Below, in pieces: positions 13,436 to 27,029 of a DNA stretch of 64,000 nt; the stretch's first letter is position 1; the number at the start of each line of letters is the position of its first letter. Both the position numbers and the translations under genes were made by a program. Source of the stretch: Octopus vulgaris (lineage: Eukaryota); assembly GCA_951406725.2 (NCBI GenBank), contig OX597831.1, forward strand, positions 75,950,001 to 76,014,000, in the 5' to 3' direction. The notes under the pieces were generated by a model. That model worked only from the letters and a program-made list of their open reading frames with translations. It had not been told where the DNA came from and made no database searches.

Positions 13436-14568
13436 TTATTTATTTATTTATTTATTTACACCTTTGACTATTTTTTGTTTTTTCTTGGTGTTAATTTATT
13501 GTTTATACATACGTGCTTGCATACATACATACACACGCATATATAATTTATAATGATTTAATTTTGCTTAATACAACTACTTTCATATCGTTTAACTTAA
13601 GTTATTTTTTTATTTGTATTCGGTCGAACAAAAAATATTGTTTTAGTGAATTTTATTTCCTGTTATGAACTATTTTTGATAAAAACGAAAAAAAAAACCG
13701 ACCCTTAAACGATCTTGTATTTATTTATTTCGTTTTAAATAGCTTTAGATACTATTTGTAAAAGTTACTAATTTTTTTGTCCGACATTTTCCACTATTTT
13801 TACCAACGAAGACTTACATATTTTTTTTTATTCTTACACCAAGCACTAAAACATCCAAACGTATTTCTTTGAAATTCTTCATACTCTTTGGATCGTTTTT
13901 CTGTTCCTTTTTACCTTGTTGTTATTGTCGTTGTATCGCCCCACTCAGTCATATTTTTATATTTATACTTTTTGAAATATTCTACTTTTTTTTTATTCTT
14001 CTTCTGTTTCTTTCCTCTCAATAACCTTTCCTTACCAACACACTCTGGGGCCAGTTTTCATATGGCATATCTATTTATTCAGTATATTTCTTTTCTCGTT
14101 ACAATTTCCTGAGAATTTTTGCCTAAAAATTCTCTCTTCGTTTAGCATAGAATCGGTTTTGTCATTTCAAGTTTTTCCTTAGTTTATAATTTTTTTTAGA
14201 ATTTCTTTTTCGGTGATCCTTTTTTTTATTTCTTATATTAATTCTTTTCTATCTCTTGGTGAATTATCTTAATCCTATTTTCGAGATTTCTGTCTTTGTG
14301 TCTTTTCATCATTTACACTTTTATTGGGTCCTCGGGTTCTTTTTTTTTTTTTGTTTTTTGAGAAAGGGTGGGTAGATTATTTAATTAATGGAATAATCCT
14401 TTCTGTCTTTCCTTCCCTTTATTTTTTACTGTTGGCAATTAATTGCTAAACGCTTTAAGCCTTCTCGCTTGATTCTATTGTCAACGTCATTTATACAATA
14501 TAAACATTTTGGACAGTTAATTATATTTCATTGGGTTTCTTGTAATCGGCTTACTTTTGATTTACCTT

Positions 14569-14612
<44 letters not shown>

Positions 14613-14979
14613 ACTCAAATATGCATTCATATTATTTTAATTTTAAAATCTGTTGCGTGAATTTCTCCAGAATAAACAACACTAAAATTATTTATGATAA
14701 GAACAAAATATTTTTTTAAAAAGTTATATATCCTATAAAGCAAAAGTCTGATCGTATATTTCCATCAATGAAATCGTTTCCACTATATAGTCTCATCCCT
14801 ACAGGTTCCGTAGTTGAATTTCGTCGGGTCTCGGTTGGTCTTCTGTTAGACCACAATTCGTATAAATAACTACCAATATATATTACTGGTGCTTATATAA
14901 AAACCAACCAATAATATACCGTTTTTACGCAAAAATTAGCCTTAGATCGTGGCAGTAAGTCAATAGTGTTATCGTAGCT

Positions 14980-15150
14980 TAGCCCAAGGCCAGCCCTCGT
15001 CGCGCAAAATAATTTCGAAAGTTGTTCCAACCTTGAATTATCTCAAACTTTGTATATCTTAGACTACATTGTCCAATGTGCTTTTCCATTTAAACGAAAT
15101 TTGACTGATGTTTCTAGCAGGTTGAACGACCGTATAGAGGCTTTTCCCCC
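14980..15150 (+). mobile_element. Old interspersed repeat family D (representative copy)
   Basis: Motifs ttgtttagccccaggtca...ttccagc.atgaccatcc...atttggctgctatttctagcagg recur at ~7420-7470, 15885-16025, 25620-25780, 38100-38640, 54085-54510, 57290-57350, 58925-59060, 59610-59950 and 62740-62920. Confidence 0.65.
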
Positions 15151-16299
15151 ATGACTTGCATTAATGTGTTAATACTGTGATTTTGTTGTTTTGTTTTTTA
15201 AGCTGACCGGCTCCGAGGAATCGGTCCGAAGGTTTTATGGTCTTTTGTGTCTTTCTCCTTCCCCAAGTCCGAATTTTCTTTTACGAATTCATATTTCGCT
15301 TTCATTTTATCAAAGAAATTTAACATTTTATATTAGTTCGATTCCTGATGTGGGACGAAGTCCGTTTTAAATTAATTTATTTAATCACCTTGTACTAATA
15401 AGTACTAGTTTAAAATTTCAAAAATAAAATTGAAAATAAAATCCGTTTTAATATCGAAGTTCATTTAAATTAATAATTTCACATTTGAAATTATAAATTA
15501 TAGTTATGGTATTAATTGCGATATTGTTTTATTGTATGGTTAATTAATTCTGTTTTTATAACACGATATATGAGGGAGTGAAAGTGTGGGTGTTGAAGAA
15601 GTGAACGGAACAGTTAGGAGCGGAATTAAGTACTTTAAGGTCGCTTTTGGCTATAACATTTTAAATCGTATGAAGTGAAAATTTTTGCCCTTTTTAACCT
15701 CCTGCTACCCTTTTTAATCCCCTTTCAAAGATAGATACTAGTTATCTCTTTAACTAACTTTTGATCATTCGGCTATGACCATTTTGGTATCGGTTGAAAT
15801 AAAAACTATTCAAACTGCAAGTGTAGAATTTGACCTAGTGTCTAGAAATCTTTAAAAAAAACAATTCAATGTATTTACTCGTTGTTGTTTAACCCCTGGT
15901 CAGTCCCGACTGTACAGGCAGGCCTATGTATGATCTTAGGCATTATACATAGCATAGTAGGGTGTGAATTGAGGCAGATTTGGTTGCTATTTATAACGGG
16001 TCGAGCGACAGCTTCGAGAAGCTCCGTGAGTGTTTAGTTTGGCTGTAGGATACACAGGAGACAATACAGCGTTGGACTAATTACTCTACCACGTTTTTTT
16101 TTTTTTTTTAGTTAAGTGTTTTAGTTTCAAATCCTATCTAGAACATGTTTTATATATCATCATTTTTTGCTCTTGTAAGAATTCGTGGAACTTCGTTGAA
16201 ATAAGAAATAATGAAACGTTTTTGTCGATTGTATTTCTTCTGGACCTCCTCTCCCACTACAAAATTTGGCCTTTTGCCGAGTCACAAGAAATCAATAAT

Positions 16300-18900
16300 T
16301 CCTGTGCTTAGTATTCTGCTAGTGCTTAGTGGCCTAATTGCATTGTATCTTTGTGCTTATTGTTTCTTCTTTTCGTGTTCTAATTAAGTTTTACTATTTT
16401 AATTGTTTCATTAAATTAAATTTGTGTTTAATGCTTTCATCGTTCTGTTTTTATTTCTCCCAAACATTTAACTGCGTCTACCGTTTACTTAAAGCTCTGA
16501 TTGAATTTTATAAATCTTTGGCCATCGTTGTTCTGATTCTGTTTTAGTGTTCTGCTTGTGCTTAGTGTTTCCCCTGCGTGTGCCTATTGACTGCTTAAAT
16601 CTTTGCATAGAGTCGGTCCACTTAAATTGTGCTTAAATTTCTGTGGTCGTTTTCTATTTGCGTGTTTATTGCTCCTTGTATTTTAAGTGATCTGATTGAG
16701 TTCTGTTGTCTTATCGAAACTTAACTAAATTTAGTATTGTCGTGAATTCTAACCACTTAAACCTCTGTGTACTCTCCTTTAGTTGTACTTAAATCTCTGT
16801 GTCTAGTGTTAAGGTTACCTTACGTATTTGCGTCTATTGACTCTTTTTTTAATGTTCTTTACGATTTTATTTCCACGATTTTACAGTGTGTAGTACTCAA
16901 ACGTGTACACACTGCTTAAATCTTTGACTATCGTTGTTCTGAGTGTATTTTAGTGCCGTAGTCGTGCTTAGTGGTCTCACTGCGTGTGCCGACTGACTGC
17001 TTAAATCTCTGCCTATAGTCAGTCAGTCCACTTCAGTTGCACTCAGATGTCTGTAGTTGTAATTGTATCTTCGTGTTTATTGCTCCTTGTGTTTTACTGC
17101 TCCAACTGCGTTGGACTATTTTCGTTTTCGGGACTTAAGTACTGTTAATATTTTCATTGCGTTATGTTTGTACTTAAATCTTTGCACATAGTCCTTTATT
17201 TGTACTTAAATTTTTACACATGGTCCTCTGAACTAAAACTTTTCCATATTAGTTCTTTATTTGTTGTTTGATAGATGTCTGAGCTTACAATTGCATCTAT
17301 GTGTTCATCGCCCTCTACTTTAGTGTTCCAATTTGTACTTTACCATTTAGGTAAAACACAATTACGCTGTATTTAATATTCTAATGTTGTCCAACGATTC
17401 TTAAATATCTATACATCGTCCTTTGTGCTTAAATTTCCGCCTTTAATGCTTCGGCTGTGATGTTTTTTTTCTGTGTTTTATTGCATTGTATTTTAGTATT
17501 GTACTTTTTGTTTTTTATCGATTTTGTTTCCGGAACTTTACCGTATTGGTGTTCTGACTACTTAAATCTCTGTATAGGGCCTTCCGAATGTACTGAAATC
17601 TCTGCATTTCGAGTTGTAGGTTGTGTGTTATGTATTTGTATTTTAATAGTCTAGAAGTGTTTTGCCATTCTGCTTTCGGGACTTAACTGTGTTTAGTATC
17701 CCAGTGTGTACTGATTGTGTGTAAAGCTCTGGCTATCGTTGCTCCGATCGTGTTAGTGTTCTAGTTGTGCTTAGTGTTCTCCCTGCCCCTGCCTGCTGAC
17801 TGCTTGAATCTCTGCGTATAGTCGGTCCACTTAAATTGTACTTAAATTTCTGTAGTTGTTTTCTATCTTTGTTTATTCCTATTTGTATTTTACCAATCTA
17901 ATTGTGTTTCATCGTTTCAATTTGCAGGACTTGATTGTGTTTAATAGACTAATTGCGCTACGATTGTATTTGGGTCTTTGCATGTAGCCTTCTGATCGTA
18001 CTAAAATTTCCGTATACAGAACTCTGATTGTACTTAATACCGCCTGTAATGTTCTGATGGTTTGCCATATTTGTATTCTAGTGTTATAATTTGTTTTACC
18101 GTTTTTGTTTTCAGGAATTAACTGTTTCATATTCGAATACGTTCTAGCCCTAAATCTCTGTTTACTGCTTTTCGATTGTACTTAAATCTCTGTGTTTAGT
18201 GTTCGGGTTGGCATATGGGTTCGTGTTTATTGTTCGGTATTTAACGATTTTATTTCCCCGGCCTAATCGTGTGTAATATCCTAACGCGTACACACTGCTT
18301 AATTCTTTGACTATCGTTGTTCTGGGTGTATTTTAGTGCCGCTTAGTGTTCTCACTGCGTGTGTCGACTGACTGCTTAGATCTCTGCCTATAGTCAGTCC
18401 ACTTCAATTATGCTTAAATATCTCTAGCTGTATTGTATCTTTGTGTTTATTGCTCCTTGTGTTTAAGCCTTCTGTCTTTTACTATTTTTGTTCACGCGAC
18501 TTTACTATGTGTTCTGGCTGTGTGTAAATCTATGCATATCCTTCTCTGGTTGTGCTCAAATCTTTAGCCTTTAAAGTTCGGGTTATTTCCCATCTTCACA
18601 CTTATTCCTCTCTATATTAGGGTTCTAGTTTTGAGTTTTATTATTGTGTTTTCTACACTTAATTATGTTGGTATTCTAATTAAGTTACGACTGTACTTAA
18701 ATCTCTATATATCGTTTTCTGGCTTAGCTTAATTTTTTTTGTGTTTAGTTTTAGGGTTCTGTAATATCCTGTTTACTGCTCTGCGTTTTATAATTTAATT
18801 TTCAAAACTTCAGTTTAATTTTCCGATCGTACTTAAATCTCTGCGTCAATTTCTGATTGTTTTTAAACATTTATGTTTAAATGTCCTGATAGTTTTAATG
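16300..18900. repeat. Degenerate hierarchical T-rich minisatellite (gtacttaaatctctg core)
   Basis: ~100-bp block gactgcttaaatctctg...gtccactt...gtttattgctccttgt at ~16590, 16996, 17798 and 18370; shorter cttaaatct motifs throughout. Confidence 0.8.
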
Positions 18901-18929
18901 CTAAAGTTGTGTTTGTAATTCTAAATTTA

Positions 18930-19680
18930 AGAATCCGTGTTCAGTGGTCTGACAGTGCTGGAATCACCGGGTTTCATCGTTTATGTTTATGTGCCCTGAT
19001 GACATTTGGTGTTTTGTTTGTGCCCATGTTTGATGATTGCCTTACAAACGAAGATACAGAAACAATTATTTCTCGTGGAGAGACAGAAATAACCCACAAC
19101 GTTTAAGTGGAATTATTTTGAAAGAGTGTCAGGACAAACAACAAATATGTTGAGAAATATTTGTAATTTCAACAGTTTAGTTTTATATTTCATACATCTG
19201 GATACGTGTATTTATACGACTATACTTATAAATACATAAACATACGTATGCATATATACTGCACACACATATATACACACACACACGTTTGTGTGTGTGT
19301 GTGTGTATGTGTGTATGATAGGCGATTAGCCTGTGTAAATACGGATATGTGTACATGCACATACAAGTGCAATATAATACTTTAAAAATTACAGACCTGG
19401 TGTATGTTAGTGAAGGGACCAATGGTGGGATACGAACCTTGGATCCTACATCTTCATGAAGTGCTGGTATCTTGAGAGATAATCAGTTATCAAATGCCAA
19501 GTTCGATCCCATTCTTGGAACAGACATTTAACTCTGCATTATTCAATACAGATTTTGATGTTTACTCTGAAGTCAACCTCGACATAACACGCACATGTTC
19601 ATAGATATCCACCCTTGCCCATCACTTGAACGTCAATGCTTTGGCATCTAAACCAACCACATCCTGCCTAGATATTCTAT
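18930..19680 (-). pseudogene. Two coding-like islands (19395-19680, 18930-19110), probable EVE L connector
   Basis: ISRQDVVGLDAKALTFK*WARVDIYEHVRVMSRL...KIPALHEDVGSKVRIPPLVPSLTYTRSVIFKVLY and TLWVISVSPREIIVSVSSFVRQ, split by a microsatellite. Confidence 0.4.
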
Positions 19681-19837
19681 CTGTTTTATGCTGTAACCGG
19701 CCAGATCTAGCTTTTCACACACACCCTACAATGTCATTCTAAAGATAAATATTCACATCATTAAAATCTTGAAGGTGTGAGATCACGGACGCTTAATTCA
19801 AAATAATTGAGAATAAATAAGCACTAATGAGGTCTAA

Positions 19838-20395
19838 TTATGAGGTCAGAAGTATTAGGATTAGTGCTATAAAAAGAAAACCCACAAGACTTACCAATTC
19901 GACATTTAATCTCTTTCGAATTAGTCCCCTTCTCAAGCGACACACTTTATCCAGCATCGTTTCCATTGATGGAAGCATTCGTGGAACCTTCTTTCAGGGA
20001 TAGCGATCAGCTACCTCGTCGCATTCTCTTTGATTTCTTCGACGACATTGAAATCTTGTTCCTTTCAAGTGGAATTTGATTTTTGGAAAGATTCGTGGCC
20101 ATAAAAAATCCTTCAAGCCGTGTTTCTTTACACATACACACACACACACATACACACACACACATTTTTCTCTGCGATGGTCACTGATGGATTCTCTGTC
20201 GTGTGGTGAGACGACCACACTCTACACGCTTTATTTCCAAGCACTGCTATAAATAACGGCGGTGTGTGAGAAGGTTGCAACTTAACAGGCATGCATGACA
20301 GAGTTCAAGGTCAGTCTGTGATAAGCGGCTTCGCTCCGCATAATCTAGTTCCGTTACCATAACAACAGTGTCAATACTTTTTATCAAACATCGTA
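19838..20395 (-). mobile_element. Internally deleted mariner element with decayed transposase C-terminus
   Basis: Minus translation FPKIKFHLKGTRF/VVEEIKENATR*LIAIPERRFHECFHQWKRCWIKCVA*EGD*FE has the mariner W..C....GDYFE signature. Degenerate TIR-like ends. Confidence 0.85.
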
Positions 20396-20759
20396 ATCTC
20401 GATGCTAAACAGTTAAGACAGTAGTGTTGACATAGACTTGGCAGTTATTTCTATCAAGTTTAACTATCGTGTAGCGTCACCATCGCTCTGCTCCTTATTA
20501 TTCAGGTGTAAACCTTTCATCCTTTCAGGGTCGATAAATTAAGTACCAGTGAAACACTAGGGCTGATGTAATCGACTTTTCCCCAGCCCCAAAATTGTTG
20601 ACCTTGTGGTAAAATTTGAAACCGTTATTCTTAAGCAAGTCGTCAGAATCTCGTCTGCAATGTTCTGTGGATGTGGCCTGAGACCAACATTAGCCTTCAT
20701 TCTTTTCGCATCGATATAAATAAAAAGTACCAGTTATATCCTGCGGTCCATCCTCTGTT

Positions 20760-21698
20760 TTCTTCCCCTTCGTTTTCGCCTTTTCCTTTTCTTTCGCTTC
20801 TTTAGTTCTCTCTCTCAAAATCCCGTCCCTCTCAGTCATCTACATGTCTCTCTCTCTCTTTCTCTCTCTTTTTTTTCTCTCTCTCTCTTTCACTTTCTCC
20901 CTCTCTCACTCCTGTCTCTCTCACACGCTTGCTCCTGTCTCTCCCTCCCTCTCATCTCTCTCTAATTCCAGTCTTTTCCTCTCTCTCTCTCTCTCTCTCT
21001 CTCACTCCTGTCTCTCTCTCACTCGCTCCTGTTTCCATCTGTCTCACTCTCTCTCTCATTCGATTCTGTCTCCCTCTCTCTCTCTCACTTCTCTCTCCTT
21101 TTCTCTTTCTGTCTCTCGCTTTCTCTCTCTCCCGTCTCTCTCTCGTTCCCGTCTCAACCTCTCTCTCCTGTCTCATCCTCTCTCTCCTCTCTTTCCCTCC
21201 CATCTCTCCATCCCATCTCCCCCTCCCATCTCTCTCGTCTCTCCCTCTCCTCTCCCGTCTCCCGACATCTCTCCATCCCATCACCCCTGTCTCTTCTCCC
21301 TTGTCTCTCCTCCCCTGTCTCTCCTCCCTTGTCTCTCCTCCTCTCTCTCCTCCCTCTCTTTCTTCTCTCTCTCCTCCTCTTTCTCCTCCCGCTTCTCCTT
21401 CCCTCACTCTTCTCCTTTCTCTCTTCCCCTCCCGTTTCTTCTCTTCCGCTTCCGTCTTCCCTCTTATTCTTCCGTCTCTCTCTCTTCTTCCCATTTTTCC
21501 CTCTCTCTCCCTCTCCTGTTTCTCTCACCCCTTCCCCTCCCTCACCTCACCCATCTCTATCTCTCTCCCTTCCATCTCCTTTTCCGTCTCCCCTCTCTCT
21601 CTCCCGTCTTTCCCGTCTCACACTCTCACACCTCCGTCTCTCGCCCATTCCCTCTACCTCCCTCCCGTGTCCCTCTGTTCCGCCTTTTCTCTATCTCC

Positions 21699-21735
<37 letters not shown>

Positions 21736-24035
21736 GTCTCTCTATCCTGTGTTTCTCTCTCTCACTTTTTCTGACACTCCATCTCTGTCACCCGACCTGG
21801 GACTCTCTAACACTTTCCCCTGTCTCTCTCTCCCTTCCCCCTCTCTCTTACTACTGACACACACACACTCTCTCACTGATTCTGTCTCTCTCCCCCTAAC
21901 TCTCTCTCCCCTCTTGATTCTCTCTTTCTCCCTTGATAACCTCTCTCTTTCCCTGTCTCCTCTCAACTCTGTGACCCTCAGTCCATTCCGTCTCCCTCTC
22001 CCGTCTCTCTCCCCCTTCCGTCTCTCTCTACGCTCCTGTCTCTCTTTTCCGTCTCTCTCCGCTCCCATCTTTCTCGCTCCCCTCTCGTCTTTTCTCTTCC
22101 CTCCCGTGTCTCCCCGTCTTCCCTTCTCTCTATCTCTTCCTCCCGTCCTCCGTTCCCATCTTGTCTCACCCTTCTCTCTCCCGTCTCTCCCCTCTCGTCC
22201 ACTCCTCTCCCCTCTCACTACCGTCTTTTCGTCTCTCCCCTTCCATGTCTCTCAACTCAGTCTCTCCCTCTCTCTCTCTTGTCCCCCCCTCTCCGTCTCT
22301 CTCACTCCATCAGTGCATCTGTCTCTCCCCTGTGACCTCTCTCCCCTCTCTCTTTATCATGTCTCTCTCTTTTCTCCATCTCTCTCTCTTTCTCCTTTCA
22401 CTATCTCTCTCTTACGTTCACCTCGCTCTTTTTCTCCTTCTCTTCTTTCTCCCTTCCCTCTCTCGCTTTCTTCTGAGTCTTTCTCACTCATTCGTCTCTC
22501 CATATCCCTCTTGCATCTCTCAATTTCTCTCTCATGCGTATCTCCATCTCTTTATCTCTCTATCCCGCGTCTCTCTCCCTCATGCGTCTCTTAGTGTCTC
22601 TCATGCGTCTCTCCAGCTCTCTCTCATACGTCTCTCTAGATCTTTCTCTCACGTATCTCTCTCTTTTTCTTCTGCGTCTTCTCTCGTTGTCTTTTTCCTG
22701 CGTCTTTCTTTCTCTCCCAGTGTATTTCTCTATCTTTCTCTCCGGCGTCTTTCTCTATCTCCCTCTCCTGTATCTCTCTCCATTAATCCTGCCTCTCTTT
22801 CCCCTTCCTGCATCTTTCCCCTGCGTCTTTCTCCCTCTCTCCTTCTCCCGCGTCTTTCTCTCTCCTGCGTTTTCCTCTCTCCTGCGTCTTTCTCTCTCTT
22901 TCTCTCCTGCGTCTTTCTCTTTCCCACGTCTTTCTCTCTCCTGCGTCTTTCTCTTTCCCACGTCTTTCTCCCTCTCTCTTCCTGCTGAGTCTTTCTCCTT
23001 CTCTTGCACGCGTCTAACGCTGCTCCCTCTCTCTCTAACGCATCTTTCTCTCTATATATATATCTAACTCATCTCTCTCATGTCTCCCTCTCTCTCTAAC
23101 TCTCTCTCGCTTTCTAATCATCACTCTCTCTTCAACCCACCTCTCTGTCTCTCTTCCTTTCTCTCTGTCTCTCTGTGTCTCTCTTCCATCTCCCTCTCTC
23201 TCTCTCAGGTCTCTTCCTCTGTTGCGTTTCTCTCTCTCTCTCTCTTGCGTTTTTCTCTTATGTCTCTCTTATATCTCTCTCGCTCTCTCTCTCTCTTACG
23301 TCTCTCTCTCTCTCTTCCCTCTCTCTTATCACTCTCTCATATCACTTGCTCCCTCTCTCTCTCTTATCACTCTATCAGTCTCTCTCTCTCTAATTTCTTT
23401 CTCTCTTTCTCTCTCTCTCATCACTCTATCACTCTCTCTCTCTTATTTCTTTCTCTCTCTATATCACTCTCTCATATCACTTGCTCTCTCTCTCTCTCTC
23501 TTATTTCTTTCTCTCTTTCTCTCTCTTATCACCCTCCCCATCTCTTATTGCTTTCCCCTACTCTTATCTCTCTCCTGTCTCTCTCTTATATGTCTCTGTC
23601 ATTTCTCTCTGTTTTGTATCTCTTTATCTTTTTCTTTTATATTTGTCAATCTATTTCTCTCTCTCTCTCTTATCTATCTGTTTCTCCCTCTTTTATCTCT
23701 CTCTCTCTCTTTTATCGCTCCCCCTCTCTTATCTCTCTCCTATCTCCTTTTCACTCTCTTTATTTCCTCTTTCTATTCTTCTGCCCCTCCCTTTTTCTCC
23801 TCACCTCCCCCCCTCTCTCTCTCTCTCAGACACCTCACAGCTAAGCTAATACTTTGCGATCCCCTACTACTTGACCAGACGGTCGATAAGTCATATCACC
23901 CTCCCTCCCGCTCTCCCTTTCTTTCTCCCCTTCTCTTCTTTCTTTCCCATTTTCTCTCCTCTCTTTCTTTTCCCTCTACTCTCTTCCCTTCCTCTCCTTG
24001 TCCCCGTTCTCCCATTCTCCTCCCTTCCAATGATA
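20760..24035. repeat. ~3.3-kb (CT)-rich polypyrimidine low-complexity tract
   Basis: Seen directly. Sub-domains with ccgtct, ctgcgtctttct and tctcttatc variants. Confidence 0.95.
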
Positions 24036-24039
24036 TTTA

Positions 24040-24330
24040 ACTCTCCATTTAAACCTACTCTCCCGTTATAAACCAGATGCAGTAAATACAGCAGACTATT
24101 TGACACGTGTATTGGATTAACGTCCAAAGATCATCTCCAGGCTTCTCTTATGACCAGATCAGAATTTTAAAAACCTTTCATCGCAAGAGATGATCCACAG
24201 GATCGTTCTCATATCCGGTTACTTCCCCGTGACATTGACCAGAAACAAAACTGAACCCCAGTCTACCACTTCCACCCTACGGACAGGAGACTGACCAGTC
24301 GCAGTAAGGTTTCGTCTCCACGGGAGGACT
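24040..24330 (-). pseudogene. Coding-like decayed island following the capping domain of EVE L
   Basis: SLAMKGF*NSDLVIREAWR*SLDVNPIHVSNSLLYLLHLVYNGRVGLNGELNIIG. Confidence 0.4.
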
Positions 24331-24594
24331 TGGCTTAGTTGTTAGCGTATTGGATACGACGCTTCTGGTTTAGGGGTTCGAATCTCGCAAAGGCTATCTT
24401 TGCATTTTATCCTTTTGGGAAATTTGGTAAACTGGAAAACTGGTTCTGGGTTTACCTGGACTAAACAACTGCAAAAGGAAAGTTACATGTGATAATCTAG
24501 GTATTTTCCTATCTAGGAGCTAAGATATATATTACTATTGTGTTTTAGACCTTAGTTAACCCTTGATCAAAGTCAATGAAAAAGTACCAATGCA

Positions 24595-24790
24595 AGGTGA
24601 TGGATTCGAGGAACTGTAAAACGTTTGGCTGGTTACCTTGTGAAATCTGTTCCGGGTTCTGCGGACATGGGATTAGAGTATCGCAAAAAGAACAATGAAT
24701 CGCAAGCCGGATTCTACAGCCGAACCAACCGGTAGGAGATCCAATGGTAGACCAAGAACAAAATAGCTGGATAATATTCATAGTCAGAGT
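24595..24790 (-). pseudogene. EVE L capping (PRNTase) domain end: motif E-like segment and Zn knuckle
   Basis: Open frame LTMNIIQLFCSWSTIGSPTGWFGCRIRLAIHCSFCDTLIP (HCSFC 24683-24697). Resembles the NFxQ/H...CxxC pattern at the end of L capping domains. Confidence 0.6.
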
Positions 24791-24791
24791 T

Positions 24792-24990
24792 GTGGAAGTG
24801 CACGGCTTAGTGGTTAGGGCGATGGACTCCTGATCATAAGATTGTGGTTTCGTGTCCTGGACCGGGCAAAACACTTCATTTCACGTTGCTCCAGTCCACT
24901 CAATTGGCAAACATGAGTAATCCTGCATTGGACCAGCGTCCCGTCCAGCTGGAGCAATTCATACCCCTTAGAAACCGGGAAACCAGCCCT
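24792..24990 (+). mobile_element. SINE family C (tRNA-derived)
   Basis: ggcttagtggttagg A-box-like head, then gcaaaacacttcatttcacgttgctccagtccactc. Second copy at 43200-43410 on the minus strand. Confidence 0.8.
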
Positions 24991-25193
24991 TATGAGTCTG
25001 TATGACTCAAGCCCTTATGAGTCCGTATGACTTAAGCGTGGAGCTTAGGTGTTTCGCTCATAAACACACACATCGCGATCCCGCGATCCCTTGACCGCGA
25101 GTCTGCTGCTCTAACCACTAGGCCATGTGCCTCTACGTTTACAAAATGACTATTTGTAAATCTCACCAGAGATATTCAGCAACAGTACTTTGG

Positions 25194-25334
25194 AGTAAAG
25201 ACTATTTGCCAACATAACATGGCAGTCCTGGTTTAGGACGAATGTTGCTGTAATTTAGTCTCTTGGGGCTAAAAATACAGCAACATTCGTCCTAAACCAG
25301 GACTGCCATGTTATGTTGGCAAATAATCTTTACT
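25194..25334. repeat. Near-perfect fold-back inverted repeat (~69-bp arms), MITE-like
   Basis: agtaaagactatttgccaacataacatggcagtcctggtttaggacgaatgttgctgta pairs with tacagcaacattcgtcctaaaccaggactgccatgttatgttggcaaataatctttact. Confidence 0.95.
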
Positions 25335-25893
25335 TCATAGTAATGTTTGTATAAAACCCAAAGTCTCTCGACACGATTTAAGAAACAGCTAAATCCCTCT
25401 AAATCGAATTTTATCGACTTCAGAAAATTGAATAATGTGGTTTGAAATAGAATACCTGAAAAGACAGGATAGTCACAGCTGGAATACTTTGGATCATTTG
25501 GTAAACAGGTTCTGGGTTTACCTGGGACTAAACAACTACAAAAGGAAGGTTACCTGAGATAAGTTAGGTATTGCAAATATCTGGGAGGTAAGATATGTAT
25601 TACTATTACTTTTTAAACCTTAGTTAACCCTTGATTAAAGACATTCCAACAGTGATCACCACGTCTTTTTGAATATATCTAGGTCAATAATGTCCGATGT
25701 GCTCTTTCTTTTCTTTAAGAATGTAGAGTGTGATTCGAGGACATTTGGCTATTTCGAAAAGCTCGGTCGACATACGATCAAAGGCTTTTTTGCGTACCTA
25801 GGAATATAGTCTTCTCAAAATCCCTTTTTCTGTACGTCGGTAGGTTTTGAGGCTGATTTGGTTGCTGTTTCAGGAAACTCGGTAATGGTTTGG

Positions 25894-26145
25894 TCAAAGT
25901 TGTTCCATCAGTGACCATCCCACATATTTGTATATATATCTTCGACTACAATATCCAGCGAATCCTTTCTTTTCTTTAACAAAATTTGAGTTTGATGCGA
26001 CAACAATTTGTGTTCTATTTCTACAAACTCTGTTGATATTTTGTGAAAGACATTCCATCAGTTTGAGGACGATTTCGTTGGACTCGACGGCGTCGATTAC
26101 TGTCACTGCTCTTCGATTTGTTCTCAAATCAGAAGCCATTCTACT
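25894..26145 (-). pseudogene. 81-codon open island, probable EVE L capping-domain segment
   Basis: ORF MASDLRTNRRAVTVIDAVESNEIVLKLMECLSQNINRVCRNRTQIVVASNSNF lies between the HR-like and motif-E-like islands. A host exon is not excluded. Confidence 0.45.
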
Positions 26146-26209
26146 AAGATACCGATATATATATATATATTATATTATATTATATTATATATATATATTA
26201 TATTATCTA

Positions 26210-26278
<69 letters not shown>

Positions 26279-26300
26279 TATATATGTATATATATTATAT

Positions 26301-26348
<48 letters not shown>

Positions 26349-26373
26349 TATTATATTATATTATATATATATA

Positions 26374-26425
<52 letters not shown>

Positions 26426-26508
26426 TATTATATTATATTATATATATATATATATATATTATATATTATATTATATTATATGTATATATATATATATATA
26501 TATTCTAT

Positions 26509-26567
<59 letters not shown>

Positions 26568-26611
26568 TATATTATATATATATAATATAATATAATATAT
26601 ATATATACATA

Positions 26612-26662
<51 letters not shown>

Positions 26663-26872
26663 AAATAGAAAGATGAATTTTCTTGTAACAGATTATTCAA
26701 AGGTTTAACCGATACCTGGGTAGCAAAAATCACAGCGGAAAACAGCACGGTTGGAGATAAGACCATTTGGTGTTGCAACCGTGCGTTGGAGCGGATAATT
26801 GAAGTTTAATATTATTAGTGAATGTAATAAAAGGTATTCTGTACAATCTTCGTTCAACTCCATTTTATTCCA

Positions 26873-27029
<157 letters not shown>

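Noticed and set aside
13218-13553. 111-aa plus-strand ORF as a protein gene
   Set aside because: No recognisable domain, and it runs past a likely splice donor into T-rich sequence.
15174-15190. miR-7-like gtgattttgttgtt
   Set aside because: The 5' seed is absent and there is no precursor hairpin.
15203-15231. Plus-strand microexon or small hairpin after ttttaag
   Set aside because: Weak donor and no other support; cannot be called from sequence alone.
20844-24040. Ser/Leu-rich ORFs up to 421 aa
   Set aside because: Translations of the CT-rich low-complexity tract, open in several frames.
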